Shown here one piece after another: positions 38,536 through 51,294 of a stretch of 64,000 nt of DNA (positions are counted from its first letter, which is position 1; the number at the start of each line of letters is the position of its first letter). The notes under the pieces are model-generated. The model ran no database searches and was not told the DNA's origin. It was given only the letters and a program-made list of their open reading frames with translations. The stretch is taken from positions 23,019,365 to 23,083,364 of the forward strand of contig NC_092678.1 in NCBI RefSeq assembly GCF_964355755.1, in the 5' to 3' direction. The translations under genes and the position numbers were made by a program. The DNA is from Antedon mediterranea. Its lineage: Eukaryota; Animalia; Echinodermata.

Positions 38536-39341
38536 GGGCCTGTTTCTGCTGCAACTGCTCAAACGGTATAAAATACGGTATTTTTTATACCGTATTTTTT
38601 AGTAGGCCTACCCCGTTTCTGCTAACAATACTTCTTGGGTGGTCGTGTTAAATTTCATCCTTTTTACCCAAATTGCCAATCATTTATTTGGTCGATAATT
38701 AAAAGTCGTAATAAAGGAAGTTTAAGTTCAAAGCCTAGCCCTAGTGATAGAGATGTTGTGAGAGCACAGAAAACATCGTAATGGGGACAAGTAATTTGTT
38801 GCCTCCCCGAGTTATTGTCTTTTGCAATGTTGTACTGCTTTTGCAGGCTCTTCAGCTTTGCGTTTACTTGCTTTGGAGACAAGTCTATTCCGTACTCCTG
38901 CTTTACTTTTTTAGAAATGTCTTTATAAATGTGGTTGTCCCTTTTATTACCTTTTAGTTTGCTGGACATTTTAGCTTCCCCACCCCCTCCTTCCGCACCC
39001 CTGCTTCCCCACACAGACTTAAATAGTAAATACTGTGACATCTTCGCTCCACATTTTCGCCCAATATATCTATACACGTGTGTAAAACAGCTGACAGCGA
39101 CAGAAAATAAAAACACGATGTTGACCTCATGTCACAGGTAAAAAAAAATACGGTATTCTTTATTGGCAGCAGAAAAGGGTACAAAAAATACGGTATAAAT
39201 TTGTAAATGCCGTATTTTATCCACAAATTTTGTGGGGAAAATACGGTATACAAAATACGGTATTTTTTTTATGAGCGCAGTTTCTGCTGGCAAAAAAATA
39301 CGGTATATATACGGTATTTTCTTGGCAGCAGAAACAGGGCC
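38536..39341 (-). mobile_element. Non-autonomous PIF/Harbinger element carrying a trihelix-domain remnant
   Basis: TIRs GGGCCTGTTTCTGCTGC / GCAGCAGAAACAGGGCC, TAG duplication on both sides, many ATACGGTA subterminal repeats. Confidence 0.85.
38770..38975 (-). pseudogene. Myb/SANT-like trihelix DNA-binding domain fragment (Harbinger accessory ORF)
   Basis: LKGNKRDNHIYKDISKKVKQEYGIDLSPKQVNAKLKSLQKQYNIAKDNNSGRQQITCPHYD fits the trihelix pattern (Y..IS..L...G......Q...K.K.L...Y...KD.N..SG....TC..YD); N-terminal Trp helix missing. Confidence 0.75.
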
Positions 39342-40639
39342 TAGTTGAAAATAGCATGCACAAGGAGGAACTAAGCCATGACCTTCTCAACCTCTTGTTC
39401 TTTCAACCTTAAGTGCCTTTCATCATAAGTATTACTCTTTTCAAAGGCATTTTTACATAATAATTACCATTTTACTGAACATACACAAGACAATCCAATG
39501 TGTCATTACAGATAATAACTCATAAGCAAATCGTTATTTAAGTAATAGAAACTAATGCTGTACTTACTTACAATAATGAAAGAACGTTATAAGACCAACA
39601 AATTTACTAAGTCGTCCACTGATTTTGGGCCTGCCTACAGTATATTTTCTTATTTTGCAAAAATGAAGCAAAGAAAACACTACAAATTCCGATGACACCA
39701 GGGACAAAAAGTAGTGGGGTTATTTTGATTGCTCAAACATGTGCCTTCTTGGGTATTGTACTGCAGAAAATGGCAAGTACCTAAAATCCTTTTTTATTCC
39801 ATAAGGTTAAAATTTAGTTTTGAAAATTAATAACAACAACATACAGTATGTAATATATAGGAAAGCTGTTTTTAATCATAAAACTTTACAAAGCCTCTTT
39901 GTTTTATATATAAATTAATATAGTCTAGGCCTAGTTTAAAAGTTAGGAGAGCCAGGCTTTAGCCTATAATAGTGGGGTAGTGCGTGCATTGTTGGCGCAT
40001 GTTCATTGTCAGGCACACATTATTTAATTATTTATAGGCCTAAATAAGAATAAATATACAAATATAATTAAATAATGATTATATTCTTATTAATTGAATG
40101 TTGTTTTTTTTTTTTTACAGACTACAGAGGGTTGTTCTTCTAAGCTTTCTGCTGCATACTTCAATAGCATTAAATCATCAACAATTTCTCATATTAATTT
40201 ACCGGCATATATTGTGAAACAACACTATTAATACAGTAACTATGGATACCTACAGTAGTACAGATAAAAAAAGAGAAGGAAACAAAATTCAATGGTATTT
40301 ATTTATTTAGCAAACTCTGTATTCTACAACAAACATATTGATTCTTGGCAGAGATTAGCTGACAATGAAATTTGAAATTACAATTGCATTGGTTGCTGCC
40401 TACTAATTAACAAATAATTATTATAATTAACAAATTTACAATTTAATTTCTACTACTGTAAATACACATAATATTTTCAAATAATAACAATGCAATTCTT
40501 TCTCATAGTCATATAATCATCATTTAAAAGCAAATAAGTTAACTGCCTCAATATATTAAGTTTATTTTTACGACATGTTTCGTGCATAGCCCATCATCCT
40601 AAATAATCATTTATATCTAAATGCATAGTTTCAAAACAA

Positions 40640-40812
40640 AAGGCAAAGACCATTAATTCAAAATCGTCCGGTGGTATACTGAAAATTTATTAATTAATTT
40701 GAAACGATAAAGACGAGGAAATCTGTGAGAATGAGAAAAAGTCGCCCAACCACGAATCGAACCTGGAACCTTCTGCTTATGCAAATGTCCTAAACATAGA
40801 CCACTTTAGGCA
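40640..40812 (-). mobile_element. tRNA-derived SINE-like repeat
   Basis: Head with TGGTCTA A box and GGTTCGATTC B box; body CTTTTTCTCATTCTCACAGATTTCC...TCTTTGCCT shared with 61864-62040 (+). Confidence 0.7.
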
Positions 40813-40900
40813 TACTATAAAACTATACAAAATGTCTAATCAACAATTAACACATTTGTTAGGAATGTAAATACAGCAAAATGGACATCTACATTTCATC

Positions 40901-41347
40901 TTAAAAAACAAGTTGGTATAAAATATAACAAACCAACAAAACAATAACTGAAAAAGCGTTTTTCTTTGTTGAATTATTTGGTTTTTTAGGAATACTGGTG
41001 CTTGGATCTGGTTGGTTGGGATCTTTCGACACGGTTAAAATCCATAATCCAAATTGCTTTGTTTGACCATCATACGTATAGCCAGTGGTGTATGTACCAC
41101 TGTCGTTAACAGTGAGGTTGACGTATCGTATACTGTACTGCCCCCTAACCAAGTTAAAAGTATCGACTGTAGTGCGATTGTTGATGACAACATAATTGTT
41201 TTGGTACAAATCAACAACGGCGTTGTTTGCTATAGCCTCATCTTGTTGCACTTTGAACGTGTATTCGTCATTTATATATTTTACAACAGTTTCTTGTGCT
41301 GTTATAATGCCAGTCAGCGAAGAGATTAGAACAATAATGATGATCAT
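40901..41347 (-). CDS. 148-aa secreted/membrane-anchored single Ig(V-like)-domain glycoprotein, probable GPI or C-terminal anchor
   Basis: Signal peptide MIIIIVLISSLTGIITA; beta-rich domain with YSIRYVNLTVNDSGTY (DxGxY); Pro/Ser/Thr stalk; hydrophobic C-terminus; N-glycosylation sequons NRT, NLT, NDS, NST; acceptor TTCTGTGCAG 13 nt before the ATG; candidate donor at 41816. Confidence 0.85.
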   Translation of the reverse strand: MIIIIVLISSLTGIITAQETVVKYINDEYTFKVQQDEAIANNAVVDLYQNNYVVINNRTTVDTFNLVRGQYSIRYVNLTVNDSGTYTTGYTYDGQTKQFGLWILTVSKDPNQPDPSTSIPKKPNNSTKKNAFSVIVLLVCYILYQLVF

Positions 41348-43898
41348 CTTGACGATCTAACTGCACAGAATATTTTCAGAAAGTTTCTTTTGGGAAAAAA
41401 AACATTTGGTTGTTAATAAACTTCTAGAAATCTAATAACATTAAACAAACCATAATGCAGAATATTTTATTCTCAAAGGAATTGAAAATGTCCTTTGATA
41501 TGCAAATGTTTGTTGTGAACTGAATGTTTGTATTAACTGTTACAGCCCAGCTGCATTGGAATGTGTGTTTTCCTTACAGTACATCAATTACTCATACCTG
41601 ATAATGATATTAATAATTAAATAGAATTTATTATATAATAATTAATATTAATTTTTAATGAACCATTTAATTATATTTCAATAGCTCAAAACTCATGTAC
41701 ACAACATGATCTCCAGGTAACTACACAAGGTCATACTATAATTGCTTATATATTTGCTAAACAAACAAATTATTTTACCATTTTTACACACATGATATTG
41801 AAAGAAAAAGACTTACCTTTGGTACAGAATTTGAAATAACAATTAGCTTTCTTCAAACAATATTGCTGTGTAAGGTTGCAAAGAAATCCGGTCTTCTGAT
41901 CTGGCCTCCAAACAGTATTGTAATACATAAATGTGAATGGTTTCAAAATGAAAATCACGTAGTTAAGCAGTAGTAGTAGTGTAGTAGTCCTTACAGTAGC
42001 AAAACACATGTAAGATCTGCACAGCACATGTGGTGTTTAATTAATGATTGTTGCTTCTTATAGGCTGTCAACAGGTGAGTAATTTACTGTGATAGAAATT
42101 AAATACCAAATTATCGGTGACGGTCACGTTTTCTAATCTAAGTAATATTGTTATGGTTCAATGGTCAAATGATTATGGTAGGAGAGTCAGTAGGCTGAAC
42201 ATTTTTCCTCCATGGCTGAACAATCTTTCTGTGGCAGTTTTATTGCATACCATCATGTTAATTGTGTGTCAAATACTAGTATTAAATGAATAAAACCAGA
42301 TTTCATTAGTCATCAATTTACAGTACGCATTTAAACTATAGTCTAAAGATGTGGTCAAACACCAAGTTGTTAAAATTAACGGCATTGACGTAAAATCAGA
42401 AATGTTTAAATTTACAGTAGGCCTAATAGCCACAAAGAGAGTTTAAAGATGTAGGAACATTCAAAATTAAATTGTGTATAAATTCGTTTATATTTATTAT
42501 GTTTTGATGTTCCAGTGTTTAAACAATAAGCAGTAAAGTTCCACATGGGCGCTCACGAGTAAATTGGTAGCACCGATGTGATTGAACTTGTAAATGAACC
42601 AACACAAAATAACGGTTATTTGACAGCTTTGAAAGTCTCTATTGCCTGGTCGCATTGCACATTTTTGTTAAATACTGTATCAACCACTAAAAAGAAATGC
42701 TGTCAGTCGCAAAATTATATTTTTTTTTTTTTAACCGATTATTCGGCGCTATGCAGCAGAAAAATGCCCTTAATTCAATCACACCTGCTTGTTTTGCTTC
42801 CTGAATTGAAACATTATCATCATGGTTTCTATCACAAATTGAAACTAAAAATAATAATGAACATTCAATTTGAAGAAATTACAGTATAAGATTTGTACTT
42901 TTTGCAGTGAGTCATACATAGATGAGCAAATAACTAATTTGCCTCAGACAAATTTCAATTACTTGTTAAATGGTATTATAATACAAGATGGCTTGCAACA
43001 TCAAGGCTATGCAACCTACTTAACATCTTTTTTGACCTTGATACTGACAGTACAAACAATAGTAGAAATGCAAGTCATCGAAATGCAAAGTAGGTTGGTA
43101 TTATGAATACATTAACTTACAGTAGTCTAAAAAAGAAATGGTGAAGTGTGCATGGGAATGCCGCCCACCTAAGGACATGGCTCATGGACGATACCACTGT
43201 CTTGGAGGGGAGTTCAGAAATAAATTTACAGTTATGTTCTCCCTTTGAAGGGGAAAAGGCCTATGTCGGTTCATCCAGGTAATCTAGTCACGTAATAGAC
43301 ACATTAACTTTAATGGTGTTTTTACATTTGGATACCTAATAATACAGGGTACAGTACAGGTATTTTTGGCACACTGTTGGATGTTAAATAAATAGATACT
43401 GTAGGTCATACACACTTTGTTACAGCAATTTGGTTATTGTTCATTTATGATGTGTGATTGTGTGATGTTGATATGATTACTAATAAAAGAAAAAAAACAA
43501 GCATAAATTTCATTTTTTTTAAATTAATCAATTTGTCAAATAATTATTAATTGTGCAAAATTAGAGTGCTGTGGTCGATGTCGATGTACTGAAATATTTG
43601 TCAAATAAGTGTTGTTGACTAGTTGTTCTATTGTTATCCTGATGTCAATATTTACTATGTATTTAAATGTGTCAAGTGTTAACATTACTATTGTTTAATG
43701 GCAGGTTGTGATATAAATTTGCCATGCAGGAAATAATCAATACAAAATCCTTTATGCCTAAAAAAGGAAAAAGTTAATAAATTTTCCATAACTTCCTGAG
43801 TTTCCTGTTAATTTCTTGTTCTTCTGCTATGCTAAGGCTAAAATAATAATTAAAACAATTTTGCCACGACTAAAGTTGCTGATCCACGTTTGGACTTA

Positions 43899-44954
43899 GG
43901 CTATGTTCAAACCCATGGCGTTAGACCGTTTTAGCGTACAACGTTACTACTACTAGCAAGGTCACATTACAAACCGCAGAGAAAAAAATGAGGTGTTCAA
44001 ACCCATAGCGTACGATTATCGTTACAACGGAAGTGCGTCATTCAGGTTGTTTCTAGTTGCATATTCATGTGCTCTTACCCACGTGTTTTCATCATTATTT
44101 CCACTGTATAGGCCTAGATCTCAGCCCTACAATTATAACAAAATTTGCCGTAAATAAAACATACCTCAGCATTTATTTTACAAAAATATAGTACAGCAAA
44201 ATATCTGTTTCTATTGTTTTTATTTTGTAGTAAAAAACATTTTCCCCAGACCTCGTGTTGTTACGAAAATAAATCAGGCCTCCTAATGAAGATGGAGATT
44301 GTGTTAACCACATGGTGGAAAAAATTGATTGTGATTAGTCCAGTCCAGTCGGTTGAAAATAACCCTTAACTTGCTAATGAAAAAGAGACAGCTTCCCTCT
44401 TGTTTGTTTACTGAATTTTTTAGGAGTTAGGGGGTTTCCAGCATTAAACTTGTCCAGTCTAGTCTGCCTTGTATATGAGTCACTTGATGTTCCACGCTAG
44501 TTTTTAACTTGAATGAAATGCGTGAATGGCTCTTAGCTAGGCCTAAAAGAGGACGGGATCGTAGTCACTATGTTTAAATACAAGGTGCATTTATTTATGT
44601 GATTTGTTAGAAAATATAATGGTAATCAGTTGATACACATGTAGTTTGTAGCCTAGTGTTTTTTAACAGTTTTATTTGTAGCCTAGTTAGGCCTTATTTA
44701 TTATGGCCTTTTTGTTGTTGAAATCCATCTCTCACACATTGACGATACAAGATGTCAGCCTAGGTCAAACCTTGTTTTGCGTCATAACAGGAAACGTTCT
44801 GATTGGATACAACGTTGACTTACAGTAGCGTTGTACGCTAAAACGGTACTATCAACCGTTTTACGCTACAACCGTTGTACGACGCGTTGTACGCTAATCT
44901 TTCTTTTAGCGTCGTACGCTAAAACGGTCTAACGCCATGGGTCTGAACAGGGCC
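43899..44954. mobile_element. PIF/Harbinger-type MITE (~1.06 kb)
   Basis: ~45-bp TIRs GGCTATGTTCAAACCCATGGCGTTAGACCGTTTTAGCGTAC / inverse; flanks TTA and ATA. Confidence 0.85.
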
Positions 44955-44980
44955 ATAGACAGTCACCAAACCTATGTCAA

Positions 44981-45421
44981 GGTCCTGTTTTTGCTGCAAA
45001 AAAACAACCGGTAATAATAACCATCTGCATAAATTAACCTCACTTTCTTGAAGTGGGACAAAATTTTCAATAACCGATTAAATGGCAGCCTGAAAATAAC
45101 GGTTAAAAACATGCAATTGATTCGGTGTTAGAACACCATTTAACCGGTTACTACTTTGCAACTTTAATAGCTGCAACGCAAAATAACAGTTATTTGATTG
45201 ACAGCTGCTGAATCTTGAGTCTACTCACTGCAGTAACGTTTGACCGCCAGTGGCAATTGCATTTTGGGTAATTCTAACGAAGATCACCCACTGATTTAAA
45301 CGGTTAATTAGGAGCAAAAATTGAGATGAAATCCAGTCAATGTAAAAATTTAATTTTAAATCAATTTTAAAATACAGTACTGTAAATGGTTTATTCGGTG
45401 CTAAGCAGCAGAAAAAGATCC
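44981..45421. mobile_element. Harbinger-type MITE (~440 bp)
   Basis: Ends GGTCCTGTTTTTGCTGC / GCAGCAGAAAAAGATCC; partial relatives at ~42600-42770 and ~46590-46730. Confidence 0.65.
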
Positions 45422-46821
45422 TAGGACGTTGGTCATCGCAAATCAAATTATAATCAAAAGCTCAATTCTATTATGAATATTCCTTTCTTCAGGAATTGGG
45501 TCAAGGGTTAAATTTCATATGGATTGGAATAAGACAGAAATAGCGAATAAATATCTACAACTGAAATTGTGCTAATATCCCAATGCTTTAATACACAGTG
45601 CCTTCTCGGTGTTAAGTTGCAAAGTATTAATAATTCCAAACGCAAGTTAAAATTTCCAAAAAGGAGTTGTTCAATATTTCAAATTTGTTCATCTTACTAT
45701 ACATGACAGATTAGAAATCAATAAATGTTGGCCTCCTGCGAATCACCACAGTATTAATTGTCTGGTACTGTAGGTGAAAAAAAAACAATCTTTTATTTCT
45801 TTTTTTCAATGTCAGTTAATACAAATGTGTTACCTTAAATTATTAGGATTGTGGGTTGTAAAATAGTCATACTGCTATTTTGTATGGTTTAACACATATT
45901 TGTACTACTAGATACAGTACAGTACTTTTTAACCTTTTTAGTGACATCAAAGTATTTGCTCTGTTTCTATTTTTGGAAACAGACTCTTCAGGATATAATT
46001 GGATACTATTTTGAGTACAGTTCAAGATCACAGACTTGTTTAGGTTGTTTATCTTTAACCTACTGTACATGTTTACGCTCTATTTCAATAATAAATACTG
46101 TACGTGTAAATTTACTTCCTACAATACAAATATTAAATTGAACCCAGATGAAAGTGTCAAGGTAAAGGACTAAATACATAGCTTCTTATACAGTTTCTTT
46201 TCACGCTGCTGCTCCCCGTGATGCTCTAGCCTGCTACGTCCCATTAGGACTACTCCATCAGAAGCTAAAGCAAGCAGCAGTTATAGCTCTAAGGACGACA
46301 GTTTTGCGAAAATGGAAACTCCACTATAATTTATAGATTCCAGCTTCTAGACCCAAAAAACGTCTGGGAATAGAGTCTATTAAGACATGTCATGCTAAAA
46401 TTACAAATCCCAAAGCATTTCTGGTATTTATGAGTCCCATTTGGCTATAACACTGACTTTTGACTGTAATTCACTGTTTGATCTAGACCCATTCACACAG
46501 TACAGTAGGTAATATTACGGTAATTTTACCGTTTTCTGTGTGAAAGGCCACAGTAAAAAGGCGCAATATTTAAAGATTACTGTCTTCATTAAATAGAGGT
46601 CGCATTTTTCTAGAAAAAAAAAATGGCGGGCACCGCCAACGAAATGTTTGATTTTGAGAAAGCACAAAATTAGCAGAAATGCGATCAGTCTTAAAACTAT
46701 TAGGCGCTATGCAGCAGAAACGGGCCCATTTTGTACCAGATACACGATACAAATAATTCAACTTATTATTTCTACAATAACTGTAATTTGTCATTGTGTA
46801 ATATCACTCTTTAATGTGGAA

Positions 46822-46914
46822 TCTCTTATAAACTGGTTTAAGCCAGCCCATTCTCAATAAACTGGTTTAAGCAGGTTCATTCTCTTAAAACTGGTTTCAG
46901 GCAGTTCATCCTCT
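46822..46914. repeat. 29-bp tandem repeat x3
   Basis: AAACTGGTTT recurs at 29-bp spacing. Confidence 0.8.
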
Positions 46915-47525
46915 AAATCACTATAAATTGTCTGTCTCTGTCTGTATTAATAATTCTGTCTATTATTATTTTACACTCATTAAACAAAAGTTTTAGGTAT
47001 TTATTTTTATGTAAATTAGGTTCTTAAAACTTTATTATTTTAATATAGTTATTACATGATGTTTATCTATACATGACAGTAGCTGTATTTTTATAAATTA
47101 TCACAAAATTTGATGCAACATATGCCATAATTGAATCACTTTATTTAACAATAAAAACATGAATTTAACAAAAAATACCCTCAAAGTTCAATTTAAAGAA
47201 TTACTATTCAACATCTACTCTACCCACGGAATCGTTGGAGGTTCAAGTTCACAGACCTATTTCTATGCCTTATTGGTGTCATGCCATGCCATACCATTTC
47301 CGTTTATAAAAGAATGTGAAGCTTGTTAAATACAGCCCACGTTTGATTTGTTTGTTTTATACCATAGTCTAAAATTATTAGTCCTTTATATGGAGTCAGC
47401 AGTACCCTACTTTAACAAAAGAGACTATATTACTATTAAATAGCTATAAATACTACTGTGATTAAATCAGTAAAACTTCATATTTCACTGGACTTCATTT
47501 TGATATAAAATATATAAAAACTGAC

Positions 47526-47705
47526 AAGCAAGAAAATATAGGCAAGATCATCAAGAAAATGATAAAGTACAGTACAAATTATATCAAGCAAGACAATATA
47601 GGCAAGATCATCAAGAAATGATAAAGTACAGTACAAATTATATCAAGCAAGACAATATAGGCAAGATCATCAAGAAATGATAAAGTACAGTACAAATTAT
47701 ATCAA
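47526..47705. repeat. 59-bp tandem repeat x3
   Basis: AAGCAAGACAATATAGGCAAGATCATCAAGAAATGATAAAGTACAGTACAAATTATATC. Confidence 0.95.
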
Positions 47706-48321
47706 AATGCTTTGTTTTGAGCAGCAAAGAACAAACATTGCACTGCCAGTATTTTTTAATCTAATTAAATGTTACTACTATTGTGCAGCAAAAAAAAGCC
47801 TCAAATAATAGCACATCAAACAATATTGAGAGAATTATGTTCCTATAAATAATTTTATGTCCAATAAATTTAAATAATCACCATCAATAAAGAATTTTAT
47901 ACTTTAAACGAAAGTCTCTAAAAATCCAATTCTAATGTTTCATGTGACTACCTGAAATATTTCCTCTAGAAATCCTGTTTTAATATAATGTCTTCCTTTA
48001 CATCGCAATGACCTACAGTACCAACTAATTGTTAATTCATTGTGGACATACAGGGATGTGTTTCCTCATTTAATATGCCTAATGCTTAACACAATTTGAT
48101 AGGTTTCCTCTTATAATTTGGTGTTTAAAAATCAAACAAATTAATGGATGATTTATATTTTTAATTTCAAATGAACATGGGTACCAGAAGCCTATAGCCT
48201 TTTATACACCAGAATAAAATAAAATAAGGAAACTGGAGTTGCGCAATCACAAGTTCAAGATCACAAACATGTTATTTATTTGTTTACTGTATGTGTCTAT
48301 TTCCATACATTATAAATACTG

Positions 48322-48655
48322 TACCCATGTGTCAAAACAAGAAGAATCCCATATGGGCAACAAAATACGATGCCCATATGCTTTGAAATATGGGTTATAT
48401 ATCGGCTATGTGGGCCTTCCCATGTGGGACCCATATGGTTCTTGGGTGCAAAAATAGTTGAATCCCATATGGGAAACACAATATGATACCCATGCTTTGA
48501 AATATGGGCCCCATATGGGTCATGGGCCTTCCCATGTGGGGCCCATATGGCTCTTGGGTGCAAAAATAGTTGAATCCCATATGGGAAACCCATGGTACCC
48601 ATCTATGTTTTCATATGGGTACCGTCCCATATGGTTCCCATACGGGCTTGCTACC
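48322..48655. mobile_element. CCCATATGGG-rich MITE-like repeat with internal ~117-bp duplication
   Basis: Many CCCATATGGG / CCCATGTGGG palindromes; GAATCCCATATGGG at 48345, 48460, 48572. Confidence 0.6.
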
Positions 48656-51294
48656 TACTTAAAAAGGTCCTTTATTATTTGCTACAGAAGTTAAACCCGA
48701 ATAAAAGGTGTCATGGTGTTTGTTTCTATTGTTATAAATACTGTAAGTATCCTGTTATTGTTATGGGTGTGCTATCCGGTAATTCTGCCATCCCATGGGT
48801 ATATTTGTATCGATCAATTGTACAGCATCCGTATTCTAATAACCTGTTCAAAAAAACCATCATACTTACACTATACTGTCTGTAGGTATAAACCGGGTTT
48901 TAAAAGACATTTTTTGTTTACTCTGTCACTAGAAATTGCACTACGGTAGTAGTACATAATAATACAAATGGTTTATACAGCAATAACCCATTTGATGAAG
49001 GAGATGATGAATGATGATAGAGACATTTTTAGCTGTAACAGGTCTCAATTTCACCTACTGTATACAAATTAAATTTATTATCATTGATATGCCATAATAA
49101 TCTTTTATTTTTTCTCATTTTTATTAAAGGTTATTGTTAGTGTTGACACAACCCGAAAACAGTTTTAGTTTGGTCTTTGTACAGTATATGTAGACCTATC
49201 AGTTGTCTTTTTACACAGGGATGGCTCTAGCTTCCTACCTTTGTGTGGTTTTAACTTTGATAATATTTTGAGTGATATTATTAGTAACATTTTCTTTATC
49301 AACACTTTGGTGGTTATTGTGGTAGAATTTGACAAGTTTGTTTATAGCACTTTTGATTCTTTTTTGTGGGATTGTTTACACTTACAGACCATATAGTACT
49401 ATAGTGTCTAAAAAAACACTATAATATTTACAACTGTGATAACTTTTTATTAATAATAATTGTGTGTTATTTCAAGAATAAACCATGAATAAACTCCATC
49501 TAATCGATCGATCTAATATCAGAAATAATTGTTTTGTTTGTTATCAGAAGAATTAACCTATCTATTGTGTTAAATGTATCAAATGAAACGCTTAAATAAT
49601 TCTTAGATAATCTTGATTTGGACAATAAACTTGGCAACGCAATGAAACAAATCATGCTGGCTTGATTCATTGATTATTATTTTATTATTTTATTTATTTA
49701 ATTTCTGCCATATACAGTACATAACAAAGAAGACAAAACAATTATAAAAGGAGGCACGGAAAGAGATTACTGTCACTGTGTCACAATTCAAAATGTTTAA
49801 TGTACAGTACCTTCTACCTAATCTTATTACATAAAAGAAATGGATTTTGTGCAGGTAAAATATGTTTCATTCCACAGGTCATGCGTTTACACTGTACTAC
49901 ATCATAAGTTGTGAATTAATATAAAAATTAATTGTTCAATCCACAATCCTCCTTGAAAATTAGTAACGCATATCTCAATTACATAGCTAGTTGCACATGA
50001 CTACTGTAATATGCAACACCATTCTGATACAGTTATTTGCTTAAATGGTATTAAATAGCGCAGTTTATACAGACAAGAGTCAATTCATATCAACAGCTCA
50101 GATACAGTAAATTATTGACCTTTGTCTGTGAAAAGCTACATAATACTATTATTAGCCTGTAAAACAAGAAGAGTGTCAAGTCAATCACTTCAGTTTGCAT
50201 GAATGAACACTTTCTTGGCAGGCGGCGGTGGAGATATAATTTAAATTTACAACTACAACAGACTAGACACATGTTGGGAATGTTTATTGCCAAGGGGGGA
50301 GAAAAGTGAATGTTTCCACTTTTGTACTATGTACAAATCTTGGCTATAATAAGCCAAGGATACAGTTACTAAAGCCAAGGGTGCTGATACCTAACATTTT
50401 AGAAACATTCTACTAACGATTAGCATGTCAATATAAAATTGCTACCTACAAATTACGTTTATAGCGCATTTCTAATAATACAGAGGGCGCTAGTTATAAA
50501 TAGAATGATCACATATCAACAGCTCAAAAGTTTCCACTTGAACAAAATTGTAATATCCACAATAAATTAAAGACCATGATTAATTATTGAAAACTATTTT
50601 AATATTTGAAACAATATTGGTCGAAATGTCAAACTATGTGAGCAACGACTAGGGGTTAAGTTCAAGCCCAATGTCTTCAATGCACTGTATAATAAAAAAT
50701 AAATAAAATATTGAATAATGTAGGTATCTCTCATTATACACTCTTTAAATTATAAACAAATTCTCCTAAAAACTGAAAACCATAAACTAGTTTTTTCTAT
50801 TCAAGGTATTTATTGATATTTGACTCGGTCAGTTTTAAGTAAAATTTAATTTCATTTATTTCGTCAATTAAAAACATGATAATACAAATAAACATTAACA
50901 AAACCCATGACAGGATTAAACAAAAGCAAACTTAATTGCTGTACAAATTTTCTCTGCCGTCACGGGTGACATTATAATAGACTTCAATTAAAATCATTAA
51001 ATAGAGTAATTTGAATTCGTAAAAAGAATCCATATTTAAAACATTTACAACTCACCCAACTCGGCGATGACAAGTATAATGACACCATGTTCAACTTCAT
51101 ACAGTACTGTAGATTGGCGGATAATCCAATTAAAACAAATCAGCACTTCATTTTGAGTCCCGCCACTGGTGATCCTGGCGGATTAAAGTGCACAAACTCG
51201 AATAGGTCTGCTATACGTAGTCTACCCATCTCGGGCCGGTAGGCCTGGCTGGCTTTTTTCCACAACACAACAAGGCTAGCATACAGTATAAGTA

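Noticed and set aside
48239-48694. Overlapping ORFs with PYG/HMG motifs
   Set aside because: Translations of CCCATATGGG palindromic repeats
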